A stretch of DNA of 64,000 nt, from the NCBI GenBank assembly GCA_023398295.1, contig JAEWSL010000010.1:2268-66267 (forward strand), written 5' to 3'. The notes beneath the pieces are model-generated. The model did not search any database and was not told the origin of the DNA. It saw nothing but the letters and a program-made list of their open reading frames with translations. The translations under genes were made by a program, and so were the position numbers. Positions 34,357 to 44,143 of the stretch are shown here, in pieces. The DNA is from Elusimicrobiota bacterium (GTDB taxonomy: Bacteria; Elusimicrobiota; Elusimicrobia; Elusimicrobiales; Elusimicrobiaceae). Numbering within the stretch: position 1 is the first letter of the stretch; each line of letters starts with the position of its first letter.

Positions 34357-37350
34357 TTAGTCAAAATATCCTCTAAGCCCCACCTGCACCGCCACCCCTC
34401 TAACTCCCGCAAAATACGCCGAAACCTGCGCGTAGCCGGAATATCTTTCCCATAAAGTGTTTTCCACGCCGGCGTTAATTTCGCCGTAGGATTTAACTTT
34501 ATAATTGGGGAGGACGTAATTTTCCTGGTCGCGGATTTCAACGACGCCTTCGCTTATCAAACTGACTGCAAAGGAGCCGCCGACATACGGGTGCCAGGGG
34601 CCGTAATCTCTAAGCAATTTAAGCGCGGGGATAAATTGCAAATTATAAAACAGCGGCGTTTGCATATTTGCGCCCAAAGCCGTTTCATAATTCTGCGCGC
34701 TTACTATATTGTAGGACAGCATTAAAGAAGGAAGGATTTTTGTGCCGTCCTTGAAGATAAAAGAAGAATCTATCTTCCCGTTGGCCGATATGGAGAAAAT
34801 ATCAAAATCGTCTTTTTCGCCGTTAAGCGTGGCGCGTTGCGTGCCGTTTGAAAAATGCACTTCCGCGGCGGCAAGCAGATTATCGCGGTAAACCGTGCCC
34901 ATAAAGCCGGCCATAATACTGTTTTTGTTCATATTAAGGCCTTCTGTCCCCTGGGAATCGTTTACATAACCCGCAAAGACCGAAGGGATAAAATTAAAAC
35001 CGTGCTCAAGAAACATTATCGGGAAATCTAACCCTATATTTGCGCCGGAAGCGTTGTTTCTTACGTCGGTAAGGCCCTCGGTATAATCATGTTTCTGCGC
35101 GGCTACAAAAGGAACAAACCACAGCGTATGCCATTTCTTTTGGGTAACTTCACCGGTATAAAAAGCGCCGGGGTTTACAAAGGTATCGTCTTCCGAAAAA
35201 CTATAGCTGTTGCGCGCCCTGTAATATCTGCCGTCTTTGGAGAGCATAACGTCAAGCCTGTTAAAGAGCGTGTTTGCTATAAGCACGTTATTTACCGCCA
35301 TTGCGTTTTGCGCGACCGCCGCCGAGCGTATGGACGGCGTAAGACTGCCAGTTTTTGAAAGCACTATATTATGCGTATCGGGCATGGAAACGCTGTACTC
35401 ATAAACAGGGCCGTAAAGCTTTTCTACGGAAGTTGTAAGATCCATGGAATTTGAAATAGTAATCGGCGCGGTGGTATTTACGCCGGAGTCTTTAACAAGT
35501 CTTAAATAGCTTATATTAGCCGAACCCGCCCCGCCTGAAACTTCAATTGTATCGGCATCGGTAATAAAAGGATCTATATCCACGCTTAAATTGCCCCTTA
35601 CGCCTTGCGTATAATTATTAAGTTCAACATAACCTATCTGCCCGTTGACCATATTGATATCCGTGCCCGTTATGTTAAAAGCCGCGCCGTTAAAAGTCGC
35701 GCTGCTGGCAAAAAAGCTTATGGCCCCGCCGTAGATATTCATAGTGCCGTTAAAGCCGTCAAAGTCGTCGTAAAAATCTATGCGGCCGCTCCTGGGCGAA
35801 CCGACGGGAATATTTATATCCTCTGCCGAAGTGCCGTTAATATTTACAACGGAGCCCGCGTCTGAAGTTATACCGCCGTAGAAAATTATTTTATCGTCGC
35901 TGTTTAAGTTAAGCGTGCCGTTTGAAAGATGTATATCATTTTTATTTACTCCGGAAGAATCGGTATTCCCGCTGAAGATAACATCGTTCTTATCGTTAAT
36001 ATCTATAATGGTTAAAACGCCGTTTTGCAGATAAACCGCCCCGCCCTGCCCGCTCGCGCGGTTATTTGTAAAAGTCCCGCCTTTGGAAATAAGAAAAGTA
36101 CCCGAAGATAAATATATCGCGCCGCCGTCGCCGCCGGCGGTATTGCCGGTAAAAGAGGCGTTTTCCATCGTAATTGCGCTGCTTTGCGCGTATATTGCGC
36201 CGCCGTCGCCGCTTGCTTTATTTGAGGTAAAGATATTGCCCCCATTAAAGGCAGCCGTTCCGTTGCTTTCAATATAAACCGCACCGCCATTTACGGCTTT
36301 ATTGCTTGTAAAGACGGATTTATTTGCCGTTATATTGCCGCCGTCCCCCAAATATACTGCGCCGCCGTTTCGCGAAGCAGTATTAGACATAAAGGTTGAC
36401 GTTGAAACTATAAGAAGAGTATTGGAACTTGAGTAAATCGCCCCTCCGTCAAGCGCGGAGGTGTTGCCGTTAAAGTCGCTCAGCATTAAATTGGCGCCGG
36501 AAAAAGGTTCTAAATATATCGCGCCGCCCGAGCCGTTTTGCGCCTCATTTTGCGAAAATGTGGCGCTTGATACCACAAGCGCGTAAGAAGAATTTATCGC
36601 GCCGCCGTCCAAGACCGCGCTGTTTTGCGTAAACGTTGAGGTGGAAATTACAGCAGGCCCGTCAGCCCAAATTGCTCCTCCGATATCGGCGGAATTTAAC
36701 GTAAAAGAGGATGTCGTGACAGCCAGGAGGGAATTAGACGAGGGGCCGTAATAATAAATGCCGCCGCCCCCGCCGACTGCCGTGTCGGTGCTCGTGGAAT
36801 AAGCAAACGCTTCGTTGCCTGAAAAAGTTGAGGAGGAAATAATTGTAACCTGTCCGCTGTTTATAAACAGCGCTCCGCCTGTTGCTACCTGACTGCCGGC
36901 GCCGGTAACAGAAGAAATATTATTTTCAAAAGAAACCCCGTTTAAAGTTATTGTTGAAACCGCCGTCGCCGAAGACGGCAAAACTGAAATTGAAATGGCC
37001 CCCGCTTTGCCGGTATAAGCGTTTTGCCCGCCTAAAAAACCTATGTTTTTAACCGTAGCGGAGGATACGTTTATCTGTAAAAGAGATGTGGCCGTTGAAG
37101 TTGTAATATAATAAAAAGGGCGCGCCTCGGAAGTGCCGGAGCTGGTTATCGTCTTAACGCTTGATAAGACGGCCGGTTCCGTCATATGCACGTCAGTTAT
37201 AAGCGCGGCGACGTCAACCACCGGGTTATCAAGCACTATCTGCAAATCATTATCTATAACATAGACGGTAACGGGCGCCGCTTTGGGACATAAGGTTAAA
37301 GAGAGCACAAAAAATATACTTAAGATAAAACTTTTTATTTTAGCGTTCAT
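34357..37350 (-). CDS. polymorphic-membrane-protein (Pmp)-like autotransporter adhesin
   Basis: Signal peptide, at least 10 reiterations of the FxxN...GGA[IV][YWN] repeat (e.g. FTSNKASGDGGAIY, FTGNTAGGDGGAIY, FSQNEAQNGSGGAIY), then a C-terminal beta-barrel translocator region of about 300 aa. Confidence 0.8.
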   Translation of the reverse strand: MNAKIKSFILSIFFVLSLTLCPKAAPVTVYVIDNDLQIVLDNPVVDVAALITDVHMTEPAVLSSVKTITSSGTSEARPFYYITTSTATSLLQINVSSATVKNIGFLGGQNAYTGKAGAISISVLPSSATAVSTITLNGVSFENNISSVTGAGSQVATGGALFINSGQVTIISSSTFSGNEAFAYSTSTDTAVGGGGGIYYYGPSSNSLLAVTTSSFTLNSADIGGAIWADGPAVISTSTFTQNSAVLDGGAINSSYALVVSSATFSQNEAQNGSGGAIYLEPFSGANLMLSDFNGNTSALDGGAIYSSSNTLLIVSTSTFMSNTASRNGGAVYLGDGGNITANKSVFTSNKAVNGGAVYIESNGTAAFNGGNIFTSNKASGDGGAIYAQSSAITMENASFTGNTAGGDGGAIYLSSGTFLISKGGTFTNNRASGQGGAVYLQNGVLTIIDINDKNDVIFSGNTDSSGVNKNDIHLSNGTLNLNSDDKIIFYGGITSDAGSVVNINGTSAEDINIPVGSPRSGRIDFYDDFDGFNGTMNIYGGAISFFASSATFNGAAFNITGTDINMVNGQIGYVELNNYTQGVRGNLSVDIDPFITDADTIEVSGGAGSANISYLRLVKDSGVNTTAPITISNSMDLTTSVEKLYGPVYEYSVSMPDTHNIVLSKTGSLTPSIRSAAVAQNAMAVNNVLIANTLFNRLDVMLSKDGRYYRARNSYSFSEDDTFVNPGAFYTGEVTQKKWHTLWFVPFVAAQKHDYTEGLTDVRNNASGANIGLDFPIMFLEHGFNFIPSVFAGYVNDSQGTEGLNMNKNSIMAGFMGTVYRDNLLAAAEVHFSNGTQRATLNGEKDDFDIFSISANGKIDSSFIFKDGTKILPSLMLSYNIVSAQNYETALGANMQTPLFYNLQFIPALKLLRDYGPWHPYVGGSFAVSLISEGVVEIRDQENYVLPNYKVKSYGEINAGVENTLWERYSGYAQVSAYFAGVRGVAVQVGLRGYFD

Positions 37351-37398
37351 ATCATTCTCCGCTTTGACATATTTTACTTTCTAATTATATCATATACG

Positions 37399-37429
37399 CC
37401 CGCGCGCGGCGTATAGCGGCGCGCGCGGG
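37399..37429 (-). other. GC-rich stem-loop downstream of rng / upstream of the Pmp-like gene
   Basis: CCCGCGCGCG-11 nt-CGCGCGCGGG is a 10-bp GC stem with no U-tract. On the minus strand it is followed by GATATAAT, a possible -10 for the Pmp-like gene. Confidence 0.3.
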
Positions 37430-37455
37430 AATATGCCTGCAATAAAATAAAACCT

Positions 37456-38907
37456 TTACTCCAAAACTATCTTATAATCTTCCCACGCAATTTGCGGATC
37501 CGCCTGTATTTTTATGCCGCGGTGCACATTTTGCTCCAAAACGGCCTGCTGCGCTTTGATATGCTCGGCCAGCAGCGGATGCAAAACAAGGCGCATAGTG
37601 CCGCCCGGGCGGCCCTGCGTGAGGTCAAAAATTTCCCTCTGAACTTTAATGCGCATGCTTTCGGCCGAAAGCACTCTGCCGCTGCCTTTGCATTGAGGGC
37701 ATTCCTCGGTAATAAGGCTGCCGGTGCTTTCTTTTTTGCGCTCTCTTGTCATCTCCACAAGACCAAGACGCGTTATGGGCAGTATGCGGATTTTTGCCCT
37801 GTCGCGCTTAACGGCGTCGTTTAAGGCGTCCACGACTTTATGGCGGTTGGAGGCTTTTTTCATATCAATAAAGTCTATTACTATTATGCCGCCGATGTTT
37901 CTTAATCTGAGCTGGTGGGCAATGGCGTAGGCGGCTTCAATATTAGTCTGCGTCACGGTTTCTTCCTGCGACTTGCTGCCGGTAAATTTGCCGGTGTTTA
38001 CGTCTATGGCGCAAAGACTTTCTGCCTCCTGAATAATAATACTGCCGCCGTTCTCAAGAGGCAGTTTTATAAGACGCAGCTTTTCTATCTCCTGCTCAAT
38101 GTTAAAAGCTTCAAAGATAGGCGTTTTGGCTTTGTAAAGTTTTATGCGGTCTTTAAGTTCGGGCGAGATCCTTTCAACAAAGTCCAGCACTTTATCGTAA
38201 TCTTTCTGGCTGTCAAGCATATAAACTTTAACGTCTTCCGAAAGAATGTCGCGCGATACCTGCAGAACGCCGTCCATATCCTCATGCAAAATAGCCGGCG
38301 CGGGAGCGCGTTCAAAACGCGTTATAATGGTTTTCCACTGGCGGTAGAGGTATTTTACCTCTTTCTCAAGCTCCTCTTCGCTTGCCTCTTCGGCCTCGGT
38401 TCTCACGATACAGCCCATGCCTTCAAGATATTTGGCGGCCAGTTTTTCAACAAGGTCGTTTAATCTCTGGCGTTTATCGTTGTCTTCTATATTCTTTGAC
38501 ACGCCGACAAAACGCTGGTTGGGCGTTAGAACAAGATAGCGGCCGGGCAAGGTAACATCCATGGTAACCTTCATGCCTTTTGTGCCTATGGCGTCCTTTA
38601 CAACCTGCACCATAACTTCCTGCCCTTTGTAGAGGATTTTATCTATGGGCTTTTTATCGCCCTCAATAACATCGGAAATATAGAGGTAGGCGTTCTTCTC
38701 GTAGCCGATATTCAAAAACGCGCTTGAGATGCCGGGCAAAACATTTTCAACTACGGCCTTGTAAATGTTGCCTACTATATTTAGAGAACCTCTGCGTTCC
38801 CACATAAGTTCCGCCAAAACTCCGTCCTCTAAAATAGCGATTCTGGTTTCTTCAAAAGAAGTATTTACCAGCACTTCCACGGAAGGATTATCCGAAAATG
38901 ATTTCAT
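37456..38907 (-). CDS. rng: ribonuclease G (Rne/Rng family)
   Basis: S1 domain (GNIYKAVVENVLPGISSAFLNIGYEKNAYLYISD), the RNase E/G catalytic core (IDVNTGKF, GGIIVIDFIDM) and a zinc-link-type CPQCKGSG. Confidence 0.9.
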   Translation of the reverse strand: MKSFSDNPSVEVLVNTSFEETRIAILEDGVLAELMWERRGSLNIVGNIYKAVVENVLPGISSAFLNIGYEKNAYLYISDVIEGDKKPIDKILYKGQEVMVQVVKDAIGTKGMKVTMDVTLPGRYLVLTPNQRFVGVSKNIEDNDKRQRLNDLVEKLAAKYLEGMGCIVRTEAEEASEEELEKEVKYLYRQWKTIITRFERAPAPAILHEDMDGVLQVSRDILSEDVKVYMLDSQKDYDKVLDFVERISPELKDRIKLYKAKTPIFEAFNIEQEIEKLRLIKLPLENGGSIIIQEAESLCAIDVNTGKFTGSKSQEETVTQTNIEAAYAIAHQLRLRNIGGIIVIDFIDMKKASNRHKVVDALNDAVKRDRAKIRILPITRLGLVEMTRERKKESTGSLITEECPQCKGSGRVLSAESMRIKVQREIFDLTQGRPGGTMRLVLHPLLAEHIKAQQAVLEQNVHRGIKIQADPQIAWEDYKIVLE

Positions 38908-38943
38908 TGTTTATTCTCCGTCTTAAACCGCCGCGCCTTAAGG

Positions 38944-39594
38944 CTAAATCCGCATCAAATCTCCCTGCGGGTTTTGCCAAAATAAGGCCTGGCGCGTAAT
39001 ACGCATCTGCGCGCCCCCGCCGTCAAAGCAAGGCAACATCAGAAACATCTGCCTCACTTCCAAACTTCTAAGGGCGTCCAAACGCGCAAGTAATAGAAAC
39101 TCGTCTTTTTCCGATTGCAGCGCTTTCAAAAAAAGCGCCGAAGTATCCCCTTTCTCTAAAGCCGCCTGAACATCGCGGGCGACAATCATCTCAAGACGCC
39201 CGCCGGTTTTCAAAGTATTTTGCGGCGGCGGATTAACCTTTATTTTATATTGGGCCGCGCAAACTAAAACCTCAAGCGAACATAAAGCAGAGGGCACTTC
39301 TTTAATCGTTTCTATCTTAAACCCGCCCGTTATAAACGGGGCGAGTTTTGTTTTAATTTCTTCAATGTCATATTCTTGGCAAAGGCTTATGTCTGCGTAC
39401 TGGCACAAGTCCGCCGAGCCTTCCTGCGCGCCGGGCCCGAAAGCCAAACGCGGCCAAGTTTTACTGCTTACGTATTTTAAGCCGCCGAAAATTACGGCGT
39501 CTTTCAAAATACGGCGGAACTCGTGTAAAGTTACACCGTCTTCGTTTCGGCTTAATTTAAGCCGATACTTAAAAACGGGCTCTCTTTTTATCAT
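38944..39594 (-). CDS. DUF2344 (TIGR03936, radical-SAM-linked) family protein
   Basis: Size, position immediately upstream of rng, and the N-terminal pattern FKYRLKLSRNEDGVTLHEFRRILKDAV...PRLAFGPGAQEG resemble DUF2344. This is a pattern match only. Confidence 0.55.
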   Translation of the reverse strand: MIKREPVFKYRLKLSRNEDGVTLHEFRRILKDAVIFGGLKYVSSKTWPRLAFGPGAQEGSADLCQYADISLCQEYDIEEIKTKLAPFITGGFKIETIKEVPSALCSLEVLVCAAQYKIKVNPPPQNTLKTGGRLEMIVARDVQAALEKGDTSALFLKALQSEKDEFLLLARLDALRSLEVRQMFLMLPCFDGGGAQMRITRQALFWQNPQGDLMRI

Positions 39595-39621
39595 ACCATT
39601 TTATATACGCGCTTTTTTATA

Positions 39622-40974
39622 TTATATTATGGATAAACGCCGTCTGTAGACGCTTTCCACAATGCCCAAAGCCCACGCGCTTGCCACCAAATTGCTGCCG
39701 CCGTACGATATAAACGGCAGGGGTATGCCCGCAACGGGCACTATGCCTATAAGCATACCGAAATTAAATATCATATAGACAAAAAATATGCCGAAAATCC
39801 CGCAGCATACCAAATAACCGAAATAATCGCTTGAAAGCGCAGCCGTCTGTACTGTGCGCCAAAGTAAAATTATATAAAGCAAAAGCACCGTAAGCGTACC
39901 CAAAAGGCCGCGCTCTTCTCCCAGGACGGCAAGGATAAAGTCCGTGTGCCTCTCGGGCACAAAACCAAGGCGGCTTTGCGTGCCGGAAAAATATCCTTTG
40001 CCTAAAACGCCGCCGGAACCCATGGCAATCTGCGCCTGCAAAACATTATAACCCGCCCCTTTGGGATCGGACTTAGGGGCCAAAAAAGTTTCAATCCTCT
40101 TGCGCTGGTAAGGCTTCATATGATTATAAACAAACCACCCGCAGAAAAACCCCGCCAAAACCGAACCCGCAACTATAAAAACAAAAATCGGCGCAAGCCT
40201 CAGACGCAATTGCTTTGCAAACCACCAAATAAGCCAGCAGATAAATAAAACTGTTCCGCAAAACCCCGCGATATAAAGCCAGTTATGCGTCAGCTGCGAA
40301 ATTGCATAAAGAAAAATATTATTTTGCGCAATTTTGGGCATCATAGCCGCGTAAGTCCATGCCACGGGAAAAACCCCCGCGAAAGAAACAAACAGGAATA
40401 TAAGGATAAAATAAAAACTGTTAAATCCCGCCGTATAGAGCAAAATCAAAAGCGCGGGCGCCGTTACCACTATTGAAGAAAAATCCGGCTGACGCATAAT
40501 CAAAATAAATATGGGCAAAATAATGAGGCCCAGATAAAACAAAGTCTTGAACTCGCTGGCCGAGCTTCTTCGCCGCGCCAAAAAAGACGAGGCTACAAGT
40601 ATAGCGGCAATACGGCAAATTTCAGTAGGCTGGAAAGAAATAAAACCGAAGCGAAACCAAGAGTTTGAGCCGCGCATTACAACGCCGAAAATCAGCACCG
40701 CCCCTAAAAGAAGCAGAATAAAAACATAGAGGGCTTTTTGCTGCTCGCTGTAAATCTGATAATTAAACAGCCAGCCGAACATAAAAGCGCAAAAAGCAAC
40801 TGGCAAGGCGATTAAATGCGTGCGCACTACGTCTGCGGCAAAACCCAGCCCGCTTACCGCAGAAATTATTACGGAAAACCCTATCAAAGAAAGCAAAGCC
40901 GCCGCGCCCGCAAGCACATAGTCAAGGTTGCGTCTTTGTATTTGCTGCTCGTTTTGATTACTTTTGCCAAACAT
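39622..40974 (-). CDS. rodA: rod shape-determining protein RodA (SEDS family)
   Basis: About 10 TM helices, SEDS motifs (QPTEICRIAAIL, PERHTDFILAVLGEERG, GIPLPFISYGGS), and adjacency to mrdA. Confidence 0.9.
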   Translation of the reverse strand: MFGKSNQNEQQIQRRNLDYVLAGAAALLSLIGFSVIISAVSGLGFAADVVRTHLIALPVAFCAFMFGWLFNYQIYSEQQKALYVFILLLLGAVLIFGVVMRGSNSWFRFGFISFQPTEICRIAAILVASSFLARRRSSASEFKTLFYLGLIILPIFILIMRQPDFSSIVVTAPALLILLYTAGFNSFYFILIFLFVSFAGVFPVAWTYAAMMPKIAQNNIFLYAISQLTHNWLYIAGFCGTVLFICWLIWWFAKQLRLRLAPIFVFIVAGSVLAGFFCGWFVYNHMKPYQRKRIETFLAPKSDPKGAGYNVLQAQIAMGSGGVLGKGYFSGTQSRLGFVPERHTDFILAVLGEERGLLGTLTVLLLYIILLWRTVQTAALSSDYFGYLVCCGIFGIFFVYMIFNFGMLIGIVPVAGIPLPFISYGGSNLVASAWALGIVESVYRRRLSII

Positions 40975-42743
40975 TATTTAACTCCGTAATACGCCTTTAT
41001 AATCTGCCGCGCGACAGGCCCCGCGGCCGAAGCCCCGCCCTTGCCAAATTCCACAAAAACGGCAAAAGCCAAATCAGGCTCCTGCCCGGGGCGGGCGGCA
41101 AAACCCATAAACCAGCCGTGATCTTCTCCGTGCGGATTTTGCGCCGTACCCGTTTTGCCATAAACATCTATCCCTAAAACATGTGCGCTTCTGCCGGTGG
41201 CTTTGTCCACAACGCCCTTTAAGGCTTTGTGCAAAAGCTCAAAGAGGCCCGTCTTAAAACTAAGCTGAGAAATTAAATCCGGTTTGCCATCAAAAGTTAT
41301 TTTGCCTTCCGGATTTACTATTTTCTCTATATAATAAGGCCGCCAGATTGTGCCTTTGTTTGCAATTGCGGAGGCAAAAACAGCCATCTGCAAAGGCGTT
41401 AAAAGCAGTTCCCCCTGGCCTATTGATAAATTAAGAGTGTCGCCGCCGAACCAGTAAGTTCTCAGTCTTGCGCGTTTGCTGGGGCCGTAGATATTGCCGG
41501 ATTTCTCGCCGGGAAGGTCAATGCCCGTCTGCCTGTCAAAGCGGAACATTCTCTCTATTTTCTCTATATGCGAAGCGCCTACTTTTAGGCCCAAATTATA
41601 AAAATAAATATCGCAGGACTGCGCCATGCCTTCAAGAAAATCTATATTCTCCCCGTGGATCTTCCAGTCCTTAAACTCCCTTCCGTTAAGATACATCTTG
41701 CCCGCGCAGGTTACCTTATCGTCAACGTCAAGGCGGCCTGTTTCATAAGCGGCAATGGAAGTTATTATTTTGAAAGGCGAAGCCGGCGGATAGAGGCCCT
41801 GTATGGCCAAATTATATTCTGGAATATTGGTTTTGTTTTGTTTATTTTCGTCCCCTCCGTCATCGTAGGGAACAAAAATATTCGGATCAAAATCCGGCGC
41901 TGACACCATAGCCAAAACAGCGCCTGTGCGCGGGTCTAAGACAACGACAGCCCCGTTCCCGGTGGGAGAATTTTTTATGCCTTCCTCCGCCGCTTTTTGC
42001 ACGGTATAATTTATTGTTGTGTAGATATCTTCTCCGGCGCGGCCTTTATTGTCTTTTATTTTTTGTTTAACGCGGCCTTTATAGTCAACTTCCAGGAACA
42101 AGCCGCCGTCGCGGCCTTTTAATTCTTTTTCATATCTTTTCTCTATGCCGCTTTTGCCTATTTTATTGTTCAGACGGTAATTTTCGCTTTGCGAAAATTC
42201 GCGCCACGCCCTGTTGTCCATAGGGCCCATGTAACCTAAAAGATGCGCCAAAAACGCGCCGCTGGGATAGGTTCTTTTACTTTCCTCAAGAAGATATAAA
42301 CCGGGGTAATAAATTTGCAGTTCCGCAAAAGAAAAAACTTTCTGCGGAGATATGTTTTGCGCCAAGGCCGCCGCTTTGCCGCTTCTTATCGCTTTTTTAA
42401 GCTTGGATAAAATATCCTTCTGCTCAACGCCTAGATATTTGCCGACGTCCTGGGCAAAAGCGTCAAGAGCGGCGGGGCTCATTTCCTGCGTGGAGGGCAG
42501 ATAGTATAAACTGAAAGCGGGGCTGTTTGTAGCAAGCGCAATCCCGCCGCTTGCAAATATCCTGCCGCGCGGCGCCGTCTGATATAAAATCTGCGTGCGG
42601 TTTTGCTCGGCGGCTTCGGTATATTTTTTGTGGGAGATAAGCTGTATGTCTATCATCTTAAAAGCTATTACGCCCGCAAAGAGAAAAACGAGCCAGAACA
42701 GTTTTTTAAGACGAACAGCGTCAAAACTTTTATTTGTTCTCAT
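40974..42743 (-). CDS. mrdA: penicillin-binding protein 2 (elongasome transpeptidase)
   Basis: N-terminal TM anchor, PBP dimerisation domain, and a transpeptidase domain with SPFK (SxxK), SCD (SxN-like) and KTGTA motifs. Confidence 0.9.
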   Translation of the reverse strand: MRTNKSFDAVRLKKLFWLVFLFAGVIAFKMIDIQLISHKKYTEAAEQNRTQILYQTAPRGRIFASGGIALATNSPAFSLYYLPSTQEMSPAALDAFAQDVGKYLGVEQKDILSKLKKAIRSGKAAALAQNISPQKVFSFAELQIYYPGLYLLEESKRTYPSGAFLAHLLGYMGPMDNRAWREFSQSENYRLNNKIGKSGIEKRYEKELKGRDGGLFLEVDYKGRVKQKIKDNKGRAGEDIYTTINYTVQKAAEEGIKNSPTGNGAVVVLDPRTGAVLAMVSAPDFDPNIFVPYDDGGDENKQNKTNIPEYNLAIQGLYPPASPFKIITSIAAYETGRLDVDDKVTCAGKMYLNGREFKDWKIHGENIDFLEGMAQSCDIYFYNLGLKVGASHIEKIERMFRFDRQTGIDLPGEKSGNIYGPSKRARLRTYWFGGDTLNLSIGQGELLLTPLQMAVFASAIANKGTIWRPYYIEKIVNPEGKITFDGKPDLISQLSFKTGLFELLHKALKGVVDKATGRSAHVLGIDVYGKTGTAQNPHGEDHGWFMGFAARPGQEPDLAFAVFVEFGKGGASAAGPVARQIIKAYYGVK

Positions 42744-43227
42744 TAGTTAACTTACCAACGGCAAAATATTTTGTCACCAAAAGATAAGCGGCCGGCAAAA
42801 GCAAACCGCTTAAAAGAGAGCCGAAAATCAAACTCTTAAATCCCTGCCAGATAAAAACCCCGCTGAAAATAAAACCCAAAACACCGTAAGTTAAAACGCA
42901 AAAGATATTAAGGCATACGGTAATTACAAATTGCGGGCCGATATCCTTAAAGTCAATTTTATCGTCAATGCGGTAAAATAAAAACAGCATCAGGGTAAAC
43001 ACTAAAGCGTTTGCGCCAAAAAGCATAGTGCCGAAAAAATCCAAAAACAAACCGCTTATAAAAGCAAATATATACCCGCCCAGCTCGCTTAAAGCGCAGG
43101 CCATTATCAGCGAAAAAACAAACATAACCCCCACCGTTACGCCGAGCGGGGAAAAAAGCTCCACCGCTATCCAGTGCGCTACGGTAGCCAAAATAAAAAT
43201 AGCAAAACATTTAAGAAATTTGATCAT
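42730..43227 (-). CDS. mreD: rod shape-determining protein MreD
   Basis: A 165-aa polytopic membrane protein located between mreC and mrdA, overlapping both. Confidence 0.75.
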   Translation of the reverse strand: MIKFLKCFAIFILATVAHWIAVELFSPLGVTVGVMFVFSLIMACALSELGGYIFAFISGLFLDFFGTMLFGANALVFTLMLFLFYRIDDKIDFKDIGPQFVITVCLNIFCVLTYGVLGFIFSGVFIWQGFKSLIFGSLLSGLLLPAAYLLVTKYFAVGKLTNENK

Positions 43228-44123
43228 TTCTTTAAGTCCTCTTTGGCTTTGCCGGCTTTAATTTTTTTATCCGCTCCGCCCGCGGGAAAAATAAGAACTT
43301 CTTTTATGTCCGACGGTTTTGCCGCGGGCGTTATGTAAAAACTGAGAGAAGTCGGGGTGCGCCCCTCCTCTTCGGCTACGGCGGGGCCGATTTCGCCTAT
43401 CAAAAGACCGTCGGGGAAAAGCGCGCTTGAAGCGGAAGCAAAAATTTTATCGCCCTCTTTAACCTGGGCGCCAAGCGGCAGATACTTTATGGTAACAAGC
43501 CCATCCTGCGTCCCGCCGACGAGCCCTTCGGCCATAGAAGGCGCTACGTACGCGGCGGAAAAAAATTCTTCGTCGTTAAGAAGTAAAATCTTTGCCGTTT
43601 TGGGCGTAACCTCAATTACATTGCCCGCCAAAGCAAACACGCCGTCCTCAATTGCGCCGGCAGGCGCGCGCAGTTCTATGCCGTCGTCAGCCCCTTTTAC
43701 GACTATAACAGTGCTTCTTCTTGAGGGCTCTCTATACGCAACTCGCGCCCAGAGGCCGCCCCATTTTTCCTGCGGGTTTAAGAGTAAAAGTTCGGTAAGT
43801 CTTTCGTTTTCCTTTTCCAGCACGGCCGCGCGGGAGTTTTGCACCTGGAGTTCCGAAATCTGCTCTTTAAGGCGGTTATTTTCCGTAGCGACTTCAAGAA
43901 GCGAGCGCGCCGATTGTTGCGCGCCGTTAAGATATTCCATAGCGCCATGCGCGGCGCGCAGCTGTGGTATAAAAACGTAAGAGAGCACCGCCCGAAGAGA
44001 GTTTATCGGCCCTTCTAAAGGCAGCAGCATAAGCACTAAAGCCAAAGCGGCAAACACAGAGGGTAGTATTTTTGAGTAGCCTCTTTCCTGCGCGCTTAAT
44101 TTTTTTGTGCGTTTTTCCTGCAT
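43224..44123 (-). CDS. mreC: rod shape-determining protein MreC
   Basis: N-terminal TM helix, a coiled coil (NRLKEQISELQVQNSRAAVLEKENERL), and beta-barrel domains with the characteristic GDKIFASASSALFPDGLLIGEI. Confidence 0.85.
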   Translation of the reverse strand: MQEKRTKKLSAQERGYSKILPSVFAALALVLMLLPLEGPINSLRAVLSYVFIPQLRAAHGAMEYLNGAQQSARSLLEVATENNRLKEQISELQVQNSRAAVLEKENERLTELLLLNPQEKWGGLWARVAYREPSRRSTVIVVKGADDGIELRAPAGAIEDGVFALAGNVIEVTPKTAKILLLNDEEFFSAAYVAPSMAEGLVGGTQDGLVTIKYLPLGAQVKEGDKIFASASSALFPDGLLIGEIGPAVAEEEGRTPTSLSFYITPAAKPSDIKEVLIFPAGGADKKIKAGKAKEDLKK

Positions 44124-44143
44124 ACAACGCTCCGCTTTACTTA

